Positions 13,801 to 25,375 of a DNA stretch of 64,000 nucleotides are shown here, one piece after another; the stretch's first letter is position 1; every line of letters begins with the position of its first letter. The notes beneath the pieces were generated by a model, which saw only the letters and a program-made list of their open reading frames with translations, was not told the DNA's origin and searched no databases. The stretch lies in the NCBI GenBank assembly GCA_046563655.1, contig CM102285.1, positions 11,098,001 through 11,162,000 of the forward strand, given 5' to 3'. This stretch comes from Yuukianura sp. NJ FZ-2021. Its lineage: Eukaryota. The position numbers were made by a program, and so were the translations under genes.

Positions 13801-16121
13801 TTGGACACGGATGATTTGCCAAAGAAAAAACTGCCTGCTCTCTACCGTGCTCCGACAGCAGAAATGATTGCCTACCTCGACTTCAGGTTGTTTGTTATTA
13901 CATCAAGGGAAAATATTTTTTGTGATATTGACCAAGCTGTTTTTTTTTTTGTTTTATGTAGCGTTTCTACGACTGGGATGCTCGCTGGTAAGTTGGACCG
14001 TGTTTTATTAACCGGAAAGTTACGACGGTACTGCAAATATACGATGTCTAACTTTTTTATGCTCATTATCAGGGATCAAAATGTCACATTCTGCTGTGAC
14101 ATCACTTTGTCGGTCAATGAAGTTGGCTTGTGAACTGTACCCTTCACGTCATGTCGCTCTCTGCTTGGATCCATACTGTGGACTTGGGTAAAAAAAGAAT
14201 ACTTTCCTAACATTTTTTTTAAACTTTTGATTCTCCATTTTCAGGTGGGAAGCTTTAAAGTTTATTATTTGTTTTTCTTTTACAGGTTTGCATTGTGGTG
14301 CCTCAGCAGGTGAGGAAATATTCAAAAGTTTACCTGATTTTGAATGGCCCAGAGTCCTATATGAACTTTCTTTTCTTTTTGCAGCGTGTACTCCGGACAT
14401 CATTCAATATTGATTCCCCCCTCAGAAGTTGAAGTGAACCCAGCTCTTTGGTTAAGTGCAGTGAGTCAGTACAAAGTGAGAGATACGTTCTGTTCTTACG
14501 GAGTCATGGAGCTCTGTACCAAGGGATTAGGAAGCTCTGTAAACCTTCTCAAACAAAGGAACGTCAATTTGGCTTGTGTCCGAACTTGCGTTGTGGTGGC
14601 TGAAGAAAGGCCGCGAATTGCTCTCTCCAATAGTTTCTCAAAACTGTTTTCTGCCCTTGGACTCTCGCCGCGTGCCGTTTCGACGTCTTTTGGATGTCGA
14701 GTCAATGTTGCCATTTGTTTGCAGGTAAGAACCAGCAAATAGGCGTTGGAAATCTGTTGAGGGAAAGTGGTCGAATGGTCAGAGTTTGTCACGCTGTGAG
14801 TAGGGTTGTGGGTTCGAGCCCTGAGGAGGGAGTGACAAGACTGCATTTTCCTGTCAGAAATGATGATCAAGTATACCGCCCCAGTCTGAATTCTATGACT
14901 GAGTGGTTGATTTGTCCCTGATCTGTATTTTTGGTACTTTTGTAGTAGATTTTCGTTTTTGGTGAGCACACATTCTAAATGTTATGCTGTTTTGCAGGGA
15001 GCGTCTAGTCCAGAACCATCCACTGTTTATGTGGATCTGCGAGCCCTCCGAAATGACCGTGTCACTTTGGTGGAGAGAGGTAGTCCACACAGTCTTTGCG
15101 TTATGGAGTCTGGAAAGCTTTTACCGGGCTGTAAAGGTAAATCCAGGTTTTCAATTTTTTTTTTTTGGAAATCAAAATTTGTAATTAATTTTTTTCGTAG
15201 TAATAATTGCCAACCCTGAGACGAAAGGACAATGCGGTGACTCTCATTTGGGAGAGGTACGGGTTTGCGGAGATTGAATTTGCTAATTTATGAATTATTG
15301 CAAAATTGTGTATATGTTTTAATCTGATATAGATTTGGATACAATCTCCTCATAATGCATCTGGATACTTTACGATTTTTGGAGATGAGAGTAGCTATGC
15401 GGATCACTTCAACTCACGCCTTGTGACCGGAAATACTGGAGAATTATATGCAAGGACAGGTTACCTGGGATTTTTACGAAGAACTGAAAACGTTCAAGCT
15501 GACGGAGGTATAATTCAACCAAATTCAATTCGCAAAATTCATAATAAAGATTGATGGACTGAATCCAATTTTTTATTTGTAGAGCTTCATGATGCTGTTT
15601 TTGTGGTGGGAGCCTTGGATGAAACGATCATGTTGCGAGGGATGCGCTATCATCCAATTGATGTAAGAGATGTAGAACATTATTACGAGAATTAGTCTCG
15701 TTTCTGGTAAGAAATGCAAGTTTTTTTTACCTCGCTTGATATTGTAGGTGGAGAATAGCATTCTTCGATGTCATAAGAAGATTTGTGAATGGTACAGTTT
15801 TTTCGATTCTCTCTTTCTTATTTCAAAGTTGGTGCAATGCTAACTCTCTGGTTTTGCTGTCTTTTCAGTGCTGTTTTTACATGGACAAACTTATTGGTAG
15901 TAGTAGTTGAATTAGAAGGAAACGAAAGTGAAGCCCTGGACGTTGTTCCGCTCGTTACAAATTGTGTCCTGGAAGACCATTTCCTTTTAGTTGGTGTAGT
16001 GTGCTGTGTCGATCCTGGAGTAGTTCCAATTAACTCACGCGGTGAAAAGCAGCGAATGCATCTTCGGGATGGATTTTTGGCAGATCAGTTGGATCCAATC
16101 TTTGTCGCGTACAACATGTAA
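1872..16121 (+). CDS. DIP2: Disco-interacting protein 2 (two AMP-binding/fatty acyl-AMP ligase-like domains); multi-exon, 5' end lies upstream of the window
   Basis: About 30 GT-AG exons join in frame (e.g. 1872-2112, 4248-4528, 5075-5200, 5813-6018, 6429-6555, 7001-7203, 8671-8905, 13153-13399, 14385-14724, 15869-16121). Recognisable DIP2 peptides: QPPDVT, RWKVSAKIQQLLNTLKRPKRRPL, GLPRNLEAAVQRYG, DRVALVYPNNDP, C-terminal PINSRGEKQRMHLRDGFLADQLDPIFVAYNM*. Confidence 0.96.
10033..10623 (+). mobile_element. Non-autonomous Helentron-associated element (HINE/DINE-1-like) in a DIP2 intron
   Basis: 5' hairpin AAGTAGC-GAA-GCTACTT (10039-10055); (CTGT)n microsatellite at ~10070-10085; 3' subterminal inverted copy CTTCGCTACTT (10585-10595) followed by stem-loop CGGTT-TAC-AACCG (10604-10616); T-rich flanks and no TSD; internal tandem repeats. 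Ends are approximate. Confidence 0.75.
10404..10528. repeat. 25-bp minisatellite (5 units, GAGAAACCCATCTCCRYTCCCCCGG) inside the HINE-like element
   Basis: Units start at 10404, 10429, 10454, 10479 and 10504 and diverge progressively. A ~70-bp block is also duplicated with a 127-bp period (10211 and 10338). Confidence 0.9.
14761..14832 (+). promoter_or_regulatory. Degenerate tRNA-like RNA polymerase III internal promoter (A box + B box) immediately upstream of the snoRNA
   Basis: A box TGGTCGAATGG at 14768-14778 and B box GGTTCGAGCCC at 14811-14821, with tRNA-like spacing counting from G14761. The acceptor stem does not pair, so this is not a functional tRNA. Confidence 0.7.
14855..14925 (+). 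ncRNA. SNORD31: Box C/D snoRNA of the U31/SNORD31 (yeast snR67) family, guiding 2'-O-methylation of the LSU rRNA P-loop G (E. coli G2251 equivalent)
   Basis: Terminal stem CAGA/TCTG; C box ATGATGA 14860-14866; guide TACCGCCCCAGT 14874-14885, complementary to conserved 28S ACUGGGGCGGUA; D' box CTGA 14886-14889; C'-like ATGACTGA 14895-14902; D box CTGA 14918-14921. The D'+5 rule lands on the second G of UGGGG. Confidence 0.88.
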
Positions 16122-17532
16122 TCTTAAGGTTCTTTTTTTTAAACTACGGAAGATGAGCTTGTTTTTCAAGACGGATTTTCTCCTCCTTGCCCTGTCGACG
16201 CTATCCAGACTGACTGCTGAACTGAGAATCTACTAAAAAAGGCAGCTCTTTGATTGTGTTCTTCATTTCAAACGCATTGTATTCCTCTTCTCAGGACTTC
16301 AGTTTCCGTTTCATTAAGTCAAGCGATATTAACTTAACTTTTCGTTCATTTTAATCAATTTCCACTTTATAGAAGGAAAACGCAACAAAAGGCAGAGTTT
16401 ATTTATGTCACCAACCTTAAAAAGAGGTTGAATTTAGGTTTTATGACTTTTGTAATTTTTCGTTTCGAATGAATCCTTGGTCGATAATTTAGTGATAGAC
16501 CGTATGACACCTTTGTTGTGCATTCTGTTGAAAGCGTAGTTGTGCGTTCCTCACTCCAAATTTAGCGTTAGTCGCTCCTTTCACTTATTCGTAGAATTTG
16601 CAAAAGGGGATTCTGATGTGTTTTCAGAATCCTTTTGAAAATTCAGGTTTCACAATTGAGACTATCAGATTCCAGGAAATTAATTAAGCCCTATTGAGCA
16701 GATATTTAGAAATTCAGTTTTTTTTTAGATGAGCAAAAGTAAAGAACTGCTGCCGCCATAACTCTCGCGAGTATCGCATTTAAGGTTACGTTCTTATTTG
16801 ATTAAAATGGACGCTTCTGAGCAGCAGCCATGTCAAAGTCAATTTAGCACAATAAAACGAATTTGTATAATGGATTCTTTTGTTTTCCTTGAAGACTGTG
16901 GGTTATCGTTTAACTAATGTGTTGTTCCTGTCCTTTTCGTTTAATTGCGATTTTTGAAAGTTTTGCACATAAACCACAAGCTGGGAGTCCGTATGAAGTA
17001 GGGGTTGTCTTTCGTAACTTGTTTAGGACGCAGCAGGAAGGCCGGCATTTGCAACGCTTCCAGCACCACACACCGTAGAGTTCAATTTCGGTACGTTTGT
17101 GTAATTTGCTAGCAAAAGTTATTCAGAATTTACCGTTATGTTGTCTGCTAACTTTAACTGCTTTACAATTGCCAAGGTTGGAGATTTGAGGGATTTATGC
17201 CACGAGATTCGGATTTAGTATTTTCATTGGTTTCAGGAAGTGTAATTTTAGTAATTTGGGTTGAAGTGGTATTCATTTCGTGAGACAAGATACGGATTCT
17301 CCAGGTTAGAGGTTTGGTAGTGGCTGTTTGAAATTTTGCACAGTTAATGTAATTTTGCACTGGAAAAGTGGACATAGTGAAGTTAGGCATATAAATTCTT
17401 GCTGAATGTTTTGAATTTATTTTTCACTAAATTTTTTGGCAAAGTGTTTTTAAGATAATCAATGAATTTAGAGTTTGCACGGGTAGATTTGAGTGGACAG
17501 CATATAACGAAAACCGTTTAGAATGGTCCGCG

Positions 17533-18435
17533 TCAAGGCCCAGCTACGCAGTCCCCTTCTGGAACAGGCTATTTAAAAAAAATTGTGTAAAGTTTACAGT
17601 AAAATCGATGCGAATTATGAATTTCTGGAAGTTTAAAAAACTGCGAACGATTTTTGACTGACGAAGTCTTACCCTGCTTCCGCAGTTTACGTTTTGAGGA
17701 TAGTCACATTGTGTCGGGCTTACTTCATGGTTGTAATAAAGTCCCTTTTGGCAGCACTAGAACAGAAGCGCATTATTCAGTTCGAGGCAAAACTTAAATA
17801 GAAAGTTCTGACTCTGAGAAACAAAGAGTTTTTCTAACTTACCCGGTAGTATGGAACGTTATTGGCACATTCGATGAATCTGAAAATGAAAAAGAAGTCT
17901 TAAAAAGATGAAAACTTTTTTTAGTACGCTTTTTCTCGTGTTTGTTTTGCTTACTGCCTGCAATCATCCGGATGTGCATAGTACCCCTGACTTGTTGGAC
18001 AGTCAAATGGTTTTGGTGGGTATCCTTCCGGTCGCGTTCTGTTACCACAGTCGACTTGGGTAGCGTAGTTACATCCATTGTATCTGAGATCAAACAGTTG
18101 CTGTTCAGTACAAAGGCCAAGCCAGGCAACTCCATTGTAACAGTCGTAGAAGTATTCGCACTTTTCTTCGTGCGGGAAAGCTCCGTTTGATCCGCATTGA
18201 TACCAAGGAGCAGGCGAAACCATTGTTACCCCTGTCTGAAATTTCAAAAGATTCAATTGAAGAGGAAAAAAATCTAAAAATTCGGGTTGAGTTGTGGATA
18301 GAATTTTATTAGGTATTTCTTGATTTTTGTTTTTTGTATTTTTGGTACCAGTGCTGGATTTTCAGTTACAGCAGGAAGAGCAAAAGTGAAGGCGACTCCG
18401 CCAAGAAAGGCAATCGCTGAGAATATAACTTTCAT
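17533..18435 (-). CDS. Secreted chitin-binding protein with two peritrophin-A (CBM14/ChtBD2) domains; CPAP/obstructor-like
   Basis: Five exons (18435-18349, 18235-17955, 17879-17843, ~17756-17673, ~17568-17533). Signal peptide MKVIFSAIAFLGGVAFTFA; two 6-Cys domains (C..NGAFPHEEKCEYFYDCYNG..C...FD....C.....VDC and CPTSQGYYAHPDDCRQFIEC......C.KGLYYN......CDYPQNVNC). Confidence 0.88.
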
Positions 18436-19379
18436 TTTTTTGGTTTTTAAAATGAAAATTGTTGTAAAACGTGTTTTTTCGATGTTTCTGTGGGTGGTTA
18501 GTTGGGAGCGGACATGTTGCTTTTATAGGGACAAAAATCAACATTTTTAGTTTTAAAATCGATTTGTAAGATAAGATGTGCTGTAAAATTGACGTACTTC
18601 TAATGAGGTTTTTCAAAAATGAAGCATGTACTTCATTTCTGAAAAACCTCATTAAGTACCGTCATTAATGCCGTCATTAGTTTTGTAGTGTCCACTTGAC
18701 TCGAATGACGCCAATTTATTCTGTAGTTCAATTCATTATTCTACGGAACCGTTGAGAGGAAATTCGTTGTTTCAGGAAATTTTTGGAGAAAACAATTTAT
18801 TGATATTGACGATGAGGATGTGATTTTAGCATTAGTCAATTTGCCTACCTACGTAAGTTTACGGACGTATACCGACGGATTCTGATGGTTTGTTTGTAGA
18901 TTAGATTCTGCGGTAGCCTGAATCGTCAATTGGGAATTTAATTGAATAATTGATAATTGAAAATCGACTGGGATTTATTAAATGAGTAATCCCTGCAACG
19001 TCAATTGAAAATGTAGCGTACGTCTGCGGCTTTCCAATTAATTTGCACTTTTGATCTGCTAATGTGATCTTGCGACGTTAGCGTTACCTGCTCAAGTGCT
19101 TCATTGTGGATTATGCTTTCCAATTTTCTTTTTTCCTCATCATAATGTAGTATGCGGCTTCTCCTTTCTCTTTGCTTTCTCTTGCTTTCGTGGTTTACGT
19201 TGATTTGCTGTCCAATAACCTGACACGCCGATACTTACATTTGAACGCTTTTTGTGTTGTGGCGTTTGGGTTTCCTAGCTACCTGATTCTAAAAGTATTC
19301 ACAACAATTCATGAACATGTGAAATATTCTGAGCGCTTGATGTATCTTCTCATCAACACTTGCCGACAAAGCAGCAACA

Positions 19380-20403
19380 ATGGTGTTTTTGTCATCCGTG
19401 TATTCATTAAAATTAGGGCACAAGTTGCTCCCTGGTATGATAACGGTAGGTTCTTACGATGGCAAAACGCCAAAATTTACGGCTGCAACTCATGGTGAAC
19501 GAGTAAGTTCAGAAATTAGTACTGTGAAAAATTTTTAGTAGGGAAAAATTTTGGAATTAGAATGTTTTTTTTTACTTGCGTTTTGTTTTACTAGATTCTG
19601 CTGTTGGGTCTTAACGGTTCTACAATAGCTAATGCTAGGTCAGGAAAGAATTATGAAGCCCGAGCGGAGGACATTACGTTTCTAAATATAAATCAACCGA
19701 TTTCGTGTATATGTGCTGGACCACTTATCAAAAATTCAGAGCGTGCCTTTCTTTTCGTCGGAACTATTTCCAGTGTCTTTGGCTACGATGTAGAAAATAA
19801 CAAAGATCTATTCTACAGAGAGGTATTCTTGCGCATTTTTAGGAACTGAATTTCATTTTTACGGGGTTAATCGATTCTTTTTTGTTTTGGCAGGTATCCG
19901 ATGGTGTAAATGTGATTTCTGCGAGTTCTTGGGGCCAGGAACCGATGGTAATTACAGGTAACTTTGACATTAGTTTAGAATTGAACAAGAAAGTATCCAG
20001 AATTTATTTTCGTTTGTTTAAATTCAGGTGGAAATTGCTCACTCCAAGGATTTGATTCCGAGGGAAATGACAGCTTCTGGACAGTAACAGGAGACAATGT
20101 TGGAGCTATCGCCATGTTGGATTTCGATGGAGACGGAAGTCATGAGGTGATTTTTACTAGCCAATCTCAAATGTTGATTAGTTTGTCACAAATATTTTAA
20201 ATGTGTTTGAAAATTTAGATGCTAGTCGGCTCCGATGACTTTGACATCCGTGTTTTCAAGGGAGATCAAATAATTGGCGAAACTTCTGAAACGGACGCTG
20301 TGACATGCATCACGCCGCTTCACCAGTCGGTGTTTGCTTACGCACTAGCAAACGGAACTATTGGAGTCTACGACAAATTGGATCGGTTATTATTATTATG
20401 TTA

Positions 20404-20437
<34 letters not shown>

Positions 20438-22532
20438 GTTATTAGGTTATGGCGGATCAAATCTAAAAACGTTGCCGTCTCAATCTGCGCTTTCGATTTC
20501 GATGGAGACGGAATTCCAGAACTGGTGACCGCCTGGAGCAATGGGAAACTTGACATTCGAAATATCCGAAACGGGGAAGTAGTTTATAAGGATAACTTCA
20601 AGTATGCTTTGGCTGGACTTTGCACAGCCGATGTCAACCAAGATGGACGCCTCCATTTAATTTGCTGTGATGTTGAAGGAGAACGTAAGAGTTTAAAATT
20701 TCAACTCAGAAGAAGGGCACTAGAACCATACTGACTTTTCGATTTGTCTGTTTCCCTTTCTAGTTAGAATTTACGGTGTAGCTGGACAAGACGGTAGGCT
20801 TCAGCACTTATCACCCAACGTTGAACAAGAAGCGGTGAGGGAACTCAGCATGAAGAAGCATCATCTTATGCTTGAACTCAAAAACTACGAAGTTGGAACT
20901 TTGAAACCATCACCAGAGGTTGCGAGTCCCGCTTCGGAAAAGCACCGTGCTATGGGCTCGATTCCGGTACTAATATAATTCGTTTTATCTCTCAAAAGTC
21001 GCTTCCGCTTGAGGCGACATGTTTATGTATTTTCTACAGAACAGGACTCAACTCCAGGCAACGTTTGCAATAAATTTGGGGTCCGAAGAACGACCAGTAA
21101 GTAAAAACTAAGCTTGGAATCTTCACTGTAATAGTGTTTAACTTTTCATTTCTAGCCTTTCATCGAAATCACGCTTGCTACAAATAACGACACTGTGATT
21201 CGAGCAGCTTTATTATTCGCTGAGGGCGTTTTTCAAGGAGAGTGCCATGTGATTCATCCTCAAGTTGACGTGTTGAACTCGAAAATTATGGTTCCACTGA
21301 AACCTCCTAAGAATGGTCAGTTTTGTTATAGTTTGACATTTTCATACATTTGCAGTTCCTACTAACATACGTTCGTATTTTCAGTTGTGGTTGACCTGCA
21401 TATCAAAGCTTATGTAGGATACAAGGAGAGTTCTCATTACCACGTCTTTGAGCTCACCCGGCAACTTCCGCGGTTCGCCATGTATGCCCTATGTAAAGAT
21501 GAACAGAAACTGAGCGATTGCGGAAGTTTTGTTAAGATGCCTATTCAAGAAAGGCCTTCACGGGTAAGACTACACTCTCGCCGTGCTGCACGGATGCGTT
21601 TCAATTCGTACTAAAAATCTGAATCATTTTAGCTTGAAGTTTCGTTTTTGCCCCCCTTAGGTTTGCATGTGGGTGAATCAGAATTTCTTGCTTTCTAAGG
21701 AACTGGATTACAAAAATGCATTTACTCTGGCGTTCGTGTCACTGCGAAATAGTGAAGAAATGGTGATTGAGGTCGAAGCAAGCGGAGAGATTCGTATCCG
21801 AACGCACGATATGGATTTAGCCGGTGATTTAGTTCAGTCCATTTGCATGTTCCTCAACGTTTCTGATCTGGAGGCAAGTGAAAACTCAATTTGGGCGTCA
21901 ATTTTGTCCTTGAAATCATTCTTGAGCTCTGTTACTTCTTTGTATTTAGGCTGAAGCAGAATTCCCAGAAGAAGTGGCACAACTGGAAATGTTGCTGAGG
22001 GCAGTGGACGAGTATCAGGAGACCAATGAGCGATTAGGAGCGGACATTGCAGACCAATCTGGAATTTTAAAAACGCTTCTAATCCGGGCCGAGGATGCAC
22101 GAATGATTGGAGACACGTAAGACGCTTTGTTGGTCAACGTATTAGTCTAACTTAATTCTACGAGCCAAAAAATATTGACAATAATGTTATGCAGGAAAGC
22201 GATGCGAAAATGGTACACTCAACTACACGATGTCAACAAAGGGCTAATTACGCAACATCAAATTCGCTGTACCACAAACGAAAACGTTGTGGAGAGCATC
22301 AAGGCGATCAATCAAATTATTCAGAAGGCAGCTCGCCTGAGGGGTACGAAACTTCATTTTTTTTAAACTTTTGCAAAAGAAAAAAAATACATTGGAACTT
22401 CGAGTTAACTTGAACTTTTGAATTGTAGTTGGACGACCAAAAGCAGAAATCATAATGGCTTGTCGGACTGCTATCAAAGAGCAAAATACGGAAGCCCTGG
22501 CACGTATCATTAAGTATGGCGTATCGAAATAA
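19380..22532 (+). CDS. BBS2: Bardet-Biedl syndrome 2 protein (BBSome subunit)
   Basis: About 14 exons. N-terminus [28 protein letters not shown]; conserved segments [102 protein letters not shown]; stop TAA at 22530-22532. Confidence 0.95.
20386..20445 (+). repeat. (ATT)n microsatellite forming a 60-nt GT-AG intron of BBS2
   Basis: GTTATTATT...GTTATTAG; removing it restores [14 protein letters not shown], matching the BBS2 spacing (human YDKTSRYWRIKSKN, recalled). Confidence 0.85.
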
Positions 22533-23180
22533 GTCATAGTTTTGTGGATGTCTTCACTTTCCGTTCGTGTTACATCATGGAAATTGCCGAACCGCTGTCT
22601 GTTCATGTTGATCCGCATCACCGCTGAATTGGTAAGTGAAAAATGTTAGATTTTTATTTCAAAATCTATCAATTCAAAATTTATTTCTTAATTTCTTAAC
22701 CTTTGATATCAATTTTGAATATTGTCGATGTGCCCAACATTTTTGAATTAAGTTGCAGTTCTGTTAGTCTTATACGCCATGCGTTGGAAAAAATAATTTC
22801 AGATAGCTATTCCATGCTCCAGCTTCAGTTCTGTATTTTTCTTGCAAACGGCAAAGAGCTTTTCATAACTCTGAAATGAAAAAGCGACTTTTCAGTTTTA
22901 TTTCCAAAGTTGCTCATTCGAAATTCCAACTCTAATTTTAATTTTTCTAGAAATGAGGCTGTACAGTGCTTATAATTGAACACAATTCCTTAAAATCTCG
23001 GTCATTTGTATGATTGTGATGAAATTAATCGAAAGTTGAGGTTAAATTGAGAGAGAAGAGTTGCTACCAGGATTTAGTATTGTCTAGTGGGCCGAATTAG
23101 TTGAAGTGAATCTCTATGAATTTCTTAGTTATCATTAAATTCAAAATTTCCAAAATCCATCTGCTCTTGCCTTCAAGGAG

Positions 23181-25375
23181 TCAGTAATGTGCAATATACG
23201 TCACTGATAAAGTAATGGTTAAAGCCAAAATTTGTAAGTAAGTAACGGAGAACGCCATATTTCCAGCGCTATCTCCAGTCTCAGGTTTCGTCCCAGCCGC
23301 ACCTTGCTTTAGCCTGTCATTCACTGGCTTGGAACCAGTTCCCTTTGATTCGGTTCCCTTAGGAATTAGTCCTAGGCCAGCAGCGGGTTGAGGTTGGTGA
23401 TTTCCTTGTTTTGCATCCTTAAGCGGACTGGGCAGATTGAACTGGGCGGGCTGTTTTTCGATGGCGGGTGTGATTGTATTAGTAGACCAAGCTTTTTGTC
23501 CTATCTGGAACTTTGTTGAAGTTGCTGGGGTTAGAAATGGAGTGCCCTGATGCTGCGATGTTGAAGCAGCATCGGCTTGGAATTCTTCTTCGTTAAGCAG
23601 AGGGCCTTTGCTGTTTGGACGCAGGGATACTGCTCCGCTACCAACTTCGCATTCGTCTTTTCCAATTCTGAAAAGAAAATTAGTAAATGCTAAGTATTCA
23701 ATTAAGTGGGTTTTTTTCCTTGTTGCTAAATCGTTTACTTGATATTTGCACATTGCTGTGCAATAAAAGCCAACGATTTGTCGACAACTTGTTGGGCAAA
23801 CATCGTAATATTCATTGGTTTTGCAGACCCAACTGGGACTTTCTCCCCTTTCGGACTGCTTTCTGTCTCACGGTCACAGACTTTCGGTATTTTTTCCAGA
23901 ATACAACTCTTGAATTTTTTCCTTGTACTTTTACATGGAAAATTAACAGAAATTGAAAATTAGTAACATTGGATGGCGTTTAAGTTGTAAAAACTGATTC
24001 TCTTTCAACTTAAATTTAGTGTTAATTTTTACCAGCAAAGCTGCTTCATTGTCACTTCCGAGTTTGAAATTTGATCAATTAAAATTTGATATGAGAATCC
24101 ACAATGTTCTCCATCCGTAGTGACCCGTCTTACGCATGGTGCATATTTGAGGTAATCTGGAAATATTTGGCCAGGTTTTCGAAAAACTAGGTTCAGTTTA
24201 TAGTTTAGTTTTATATTTCAACGTTACCGTTTCTGTAACTCTGATCCGTACAAACAACCGTCATGGCCGTAATGGACTCCTTAAAAAGTCGATCAAACTT
24301 TACTTTTTCTGATCGCGTGTAGCACTTGGTCGTGTAGTTGTCAATGCACGATGTGAGTTTGTCCCATGTGCTAAAGGAAAAAAGAAAGTGGACAAAAGAA
24401 AGAAAATTAGTTTGAGTTAAGAACTTTGTGCTCGTTTCTATTTTGAAAAATGTTCCTGACAGCTCGTCGTGACAGTTAAAAAGCTAAAGACAAATGATTT
24501 CACCTGCAAACTCTGTCCAGTGTAGAAGGCTTGTCAGGGAAAATTAATCCGGGGTCTTTGATCAGTGATTCAGCAGTTGTTGAGCATTCCTGGAGGTCAG
24601 CTTCCATACATTTCTCGGGAGGAGTTTTCACTTCCATCAAAGCTCCTTTCACTCCTGCCAAACCTGTAAATGTTCCCAGAATTTGAGTGTGAGTGATTCG
24701 AAATGAAGGAAAATAGGCAGGTCATTTATATTTCATTGGTATGATGAAAAGTTAATGCGGGTATTGAACTCCCTGGTGTTTCCCAGTTTGTCCAGTTTGA
24801 AAATTGGTTCCTGTATGCTATTTTTAAGTCCACAAGTATATTTTCAATCACAGCTTCAAAGCCGGCTAGTAAGAATTAGTATTGAGACGTGGGGTGCATT
24901 GAACCTGCATGACCGGAACTTATAAAAGGCTCTTAAATTTTAGATTTAAATCTTTTAAGACCAGGGAAAGTCATATATTGTTAAAGAACGGCGTCGTTGC
25001 TTTCACTTTAGGCTCAATAAGCTTTGTCGTTGGTTAGTAATTTCTCGGTTGCGTGCAAGTCACTCTCTCCCGTTAAGCAGACGAAGTGGCATTTCTTGAA
25101 CAATGATTTGGTGAAAATAACAACATTGACAAAGTGCTCTTTCAATTAATAATTGTTACGCTTTTGAAAAATGATTTTTATGGGGCCGATGAACCCGGCT
25201 TCTAATAAATAGTACTTAACTCGTTTGTGTTTTTTTTTATTCCAGGAGAAACTTTTCCTCGTCTTGTTCATGCAATTCAAGTCAAGTGTACCGAATTACC
25301 AAATTGCCTCTACTTACAAAATAGAATAAGGAAGAGATGAGCCAAAGCTTCACGAAAAAATGGCAAACCACGCAT
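23181..25375 (-). CDS. Uncharacterised Cys-rich secreted protein with a low-complexity stalk and hydrophobic C-terminus (probably GPI-anchored; DUF19-like helical Cys pattern)
   Basis: Six exons join in frame (25375-25318, ~24663-24504, ~24371-24228, ~24157-24032, ~23930-23738, 23667-23181). Signal peptide MRGLPFFREALAHLFLILFCLAGVKG; Cys pattern C..C..VC.TW....SCI..YT.KC...VC......YLKYAPC...HC...LCC......CI......C; C-terminal SVTYLQILALTITLSVTYIAHY*. Family assignment is tentative. Confidence 0.75.

Noticed and set aside
14761..14832. Functional tRNA gene
   Set aside because: A and B boxes are present, but the acceptor stem (GGGAAAG vs GGAGGGA) cannot pair and the other stems are poor; kept only as a promoter-like leader.
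16729..17091. Exon-like segments downstream of the DIP2 stop
   Set aside because: Splice-like signals are present, but the first segment has stops in all three frames; most likely 3' UTR or chance.
20219..20734. 171-aa ORF with a poly-Ile transmembrane-like stretch
   Set aside because: It is two BBS2 exons read through an in-frame microsatellite intron.
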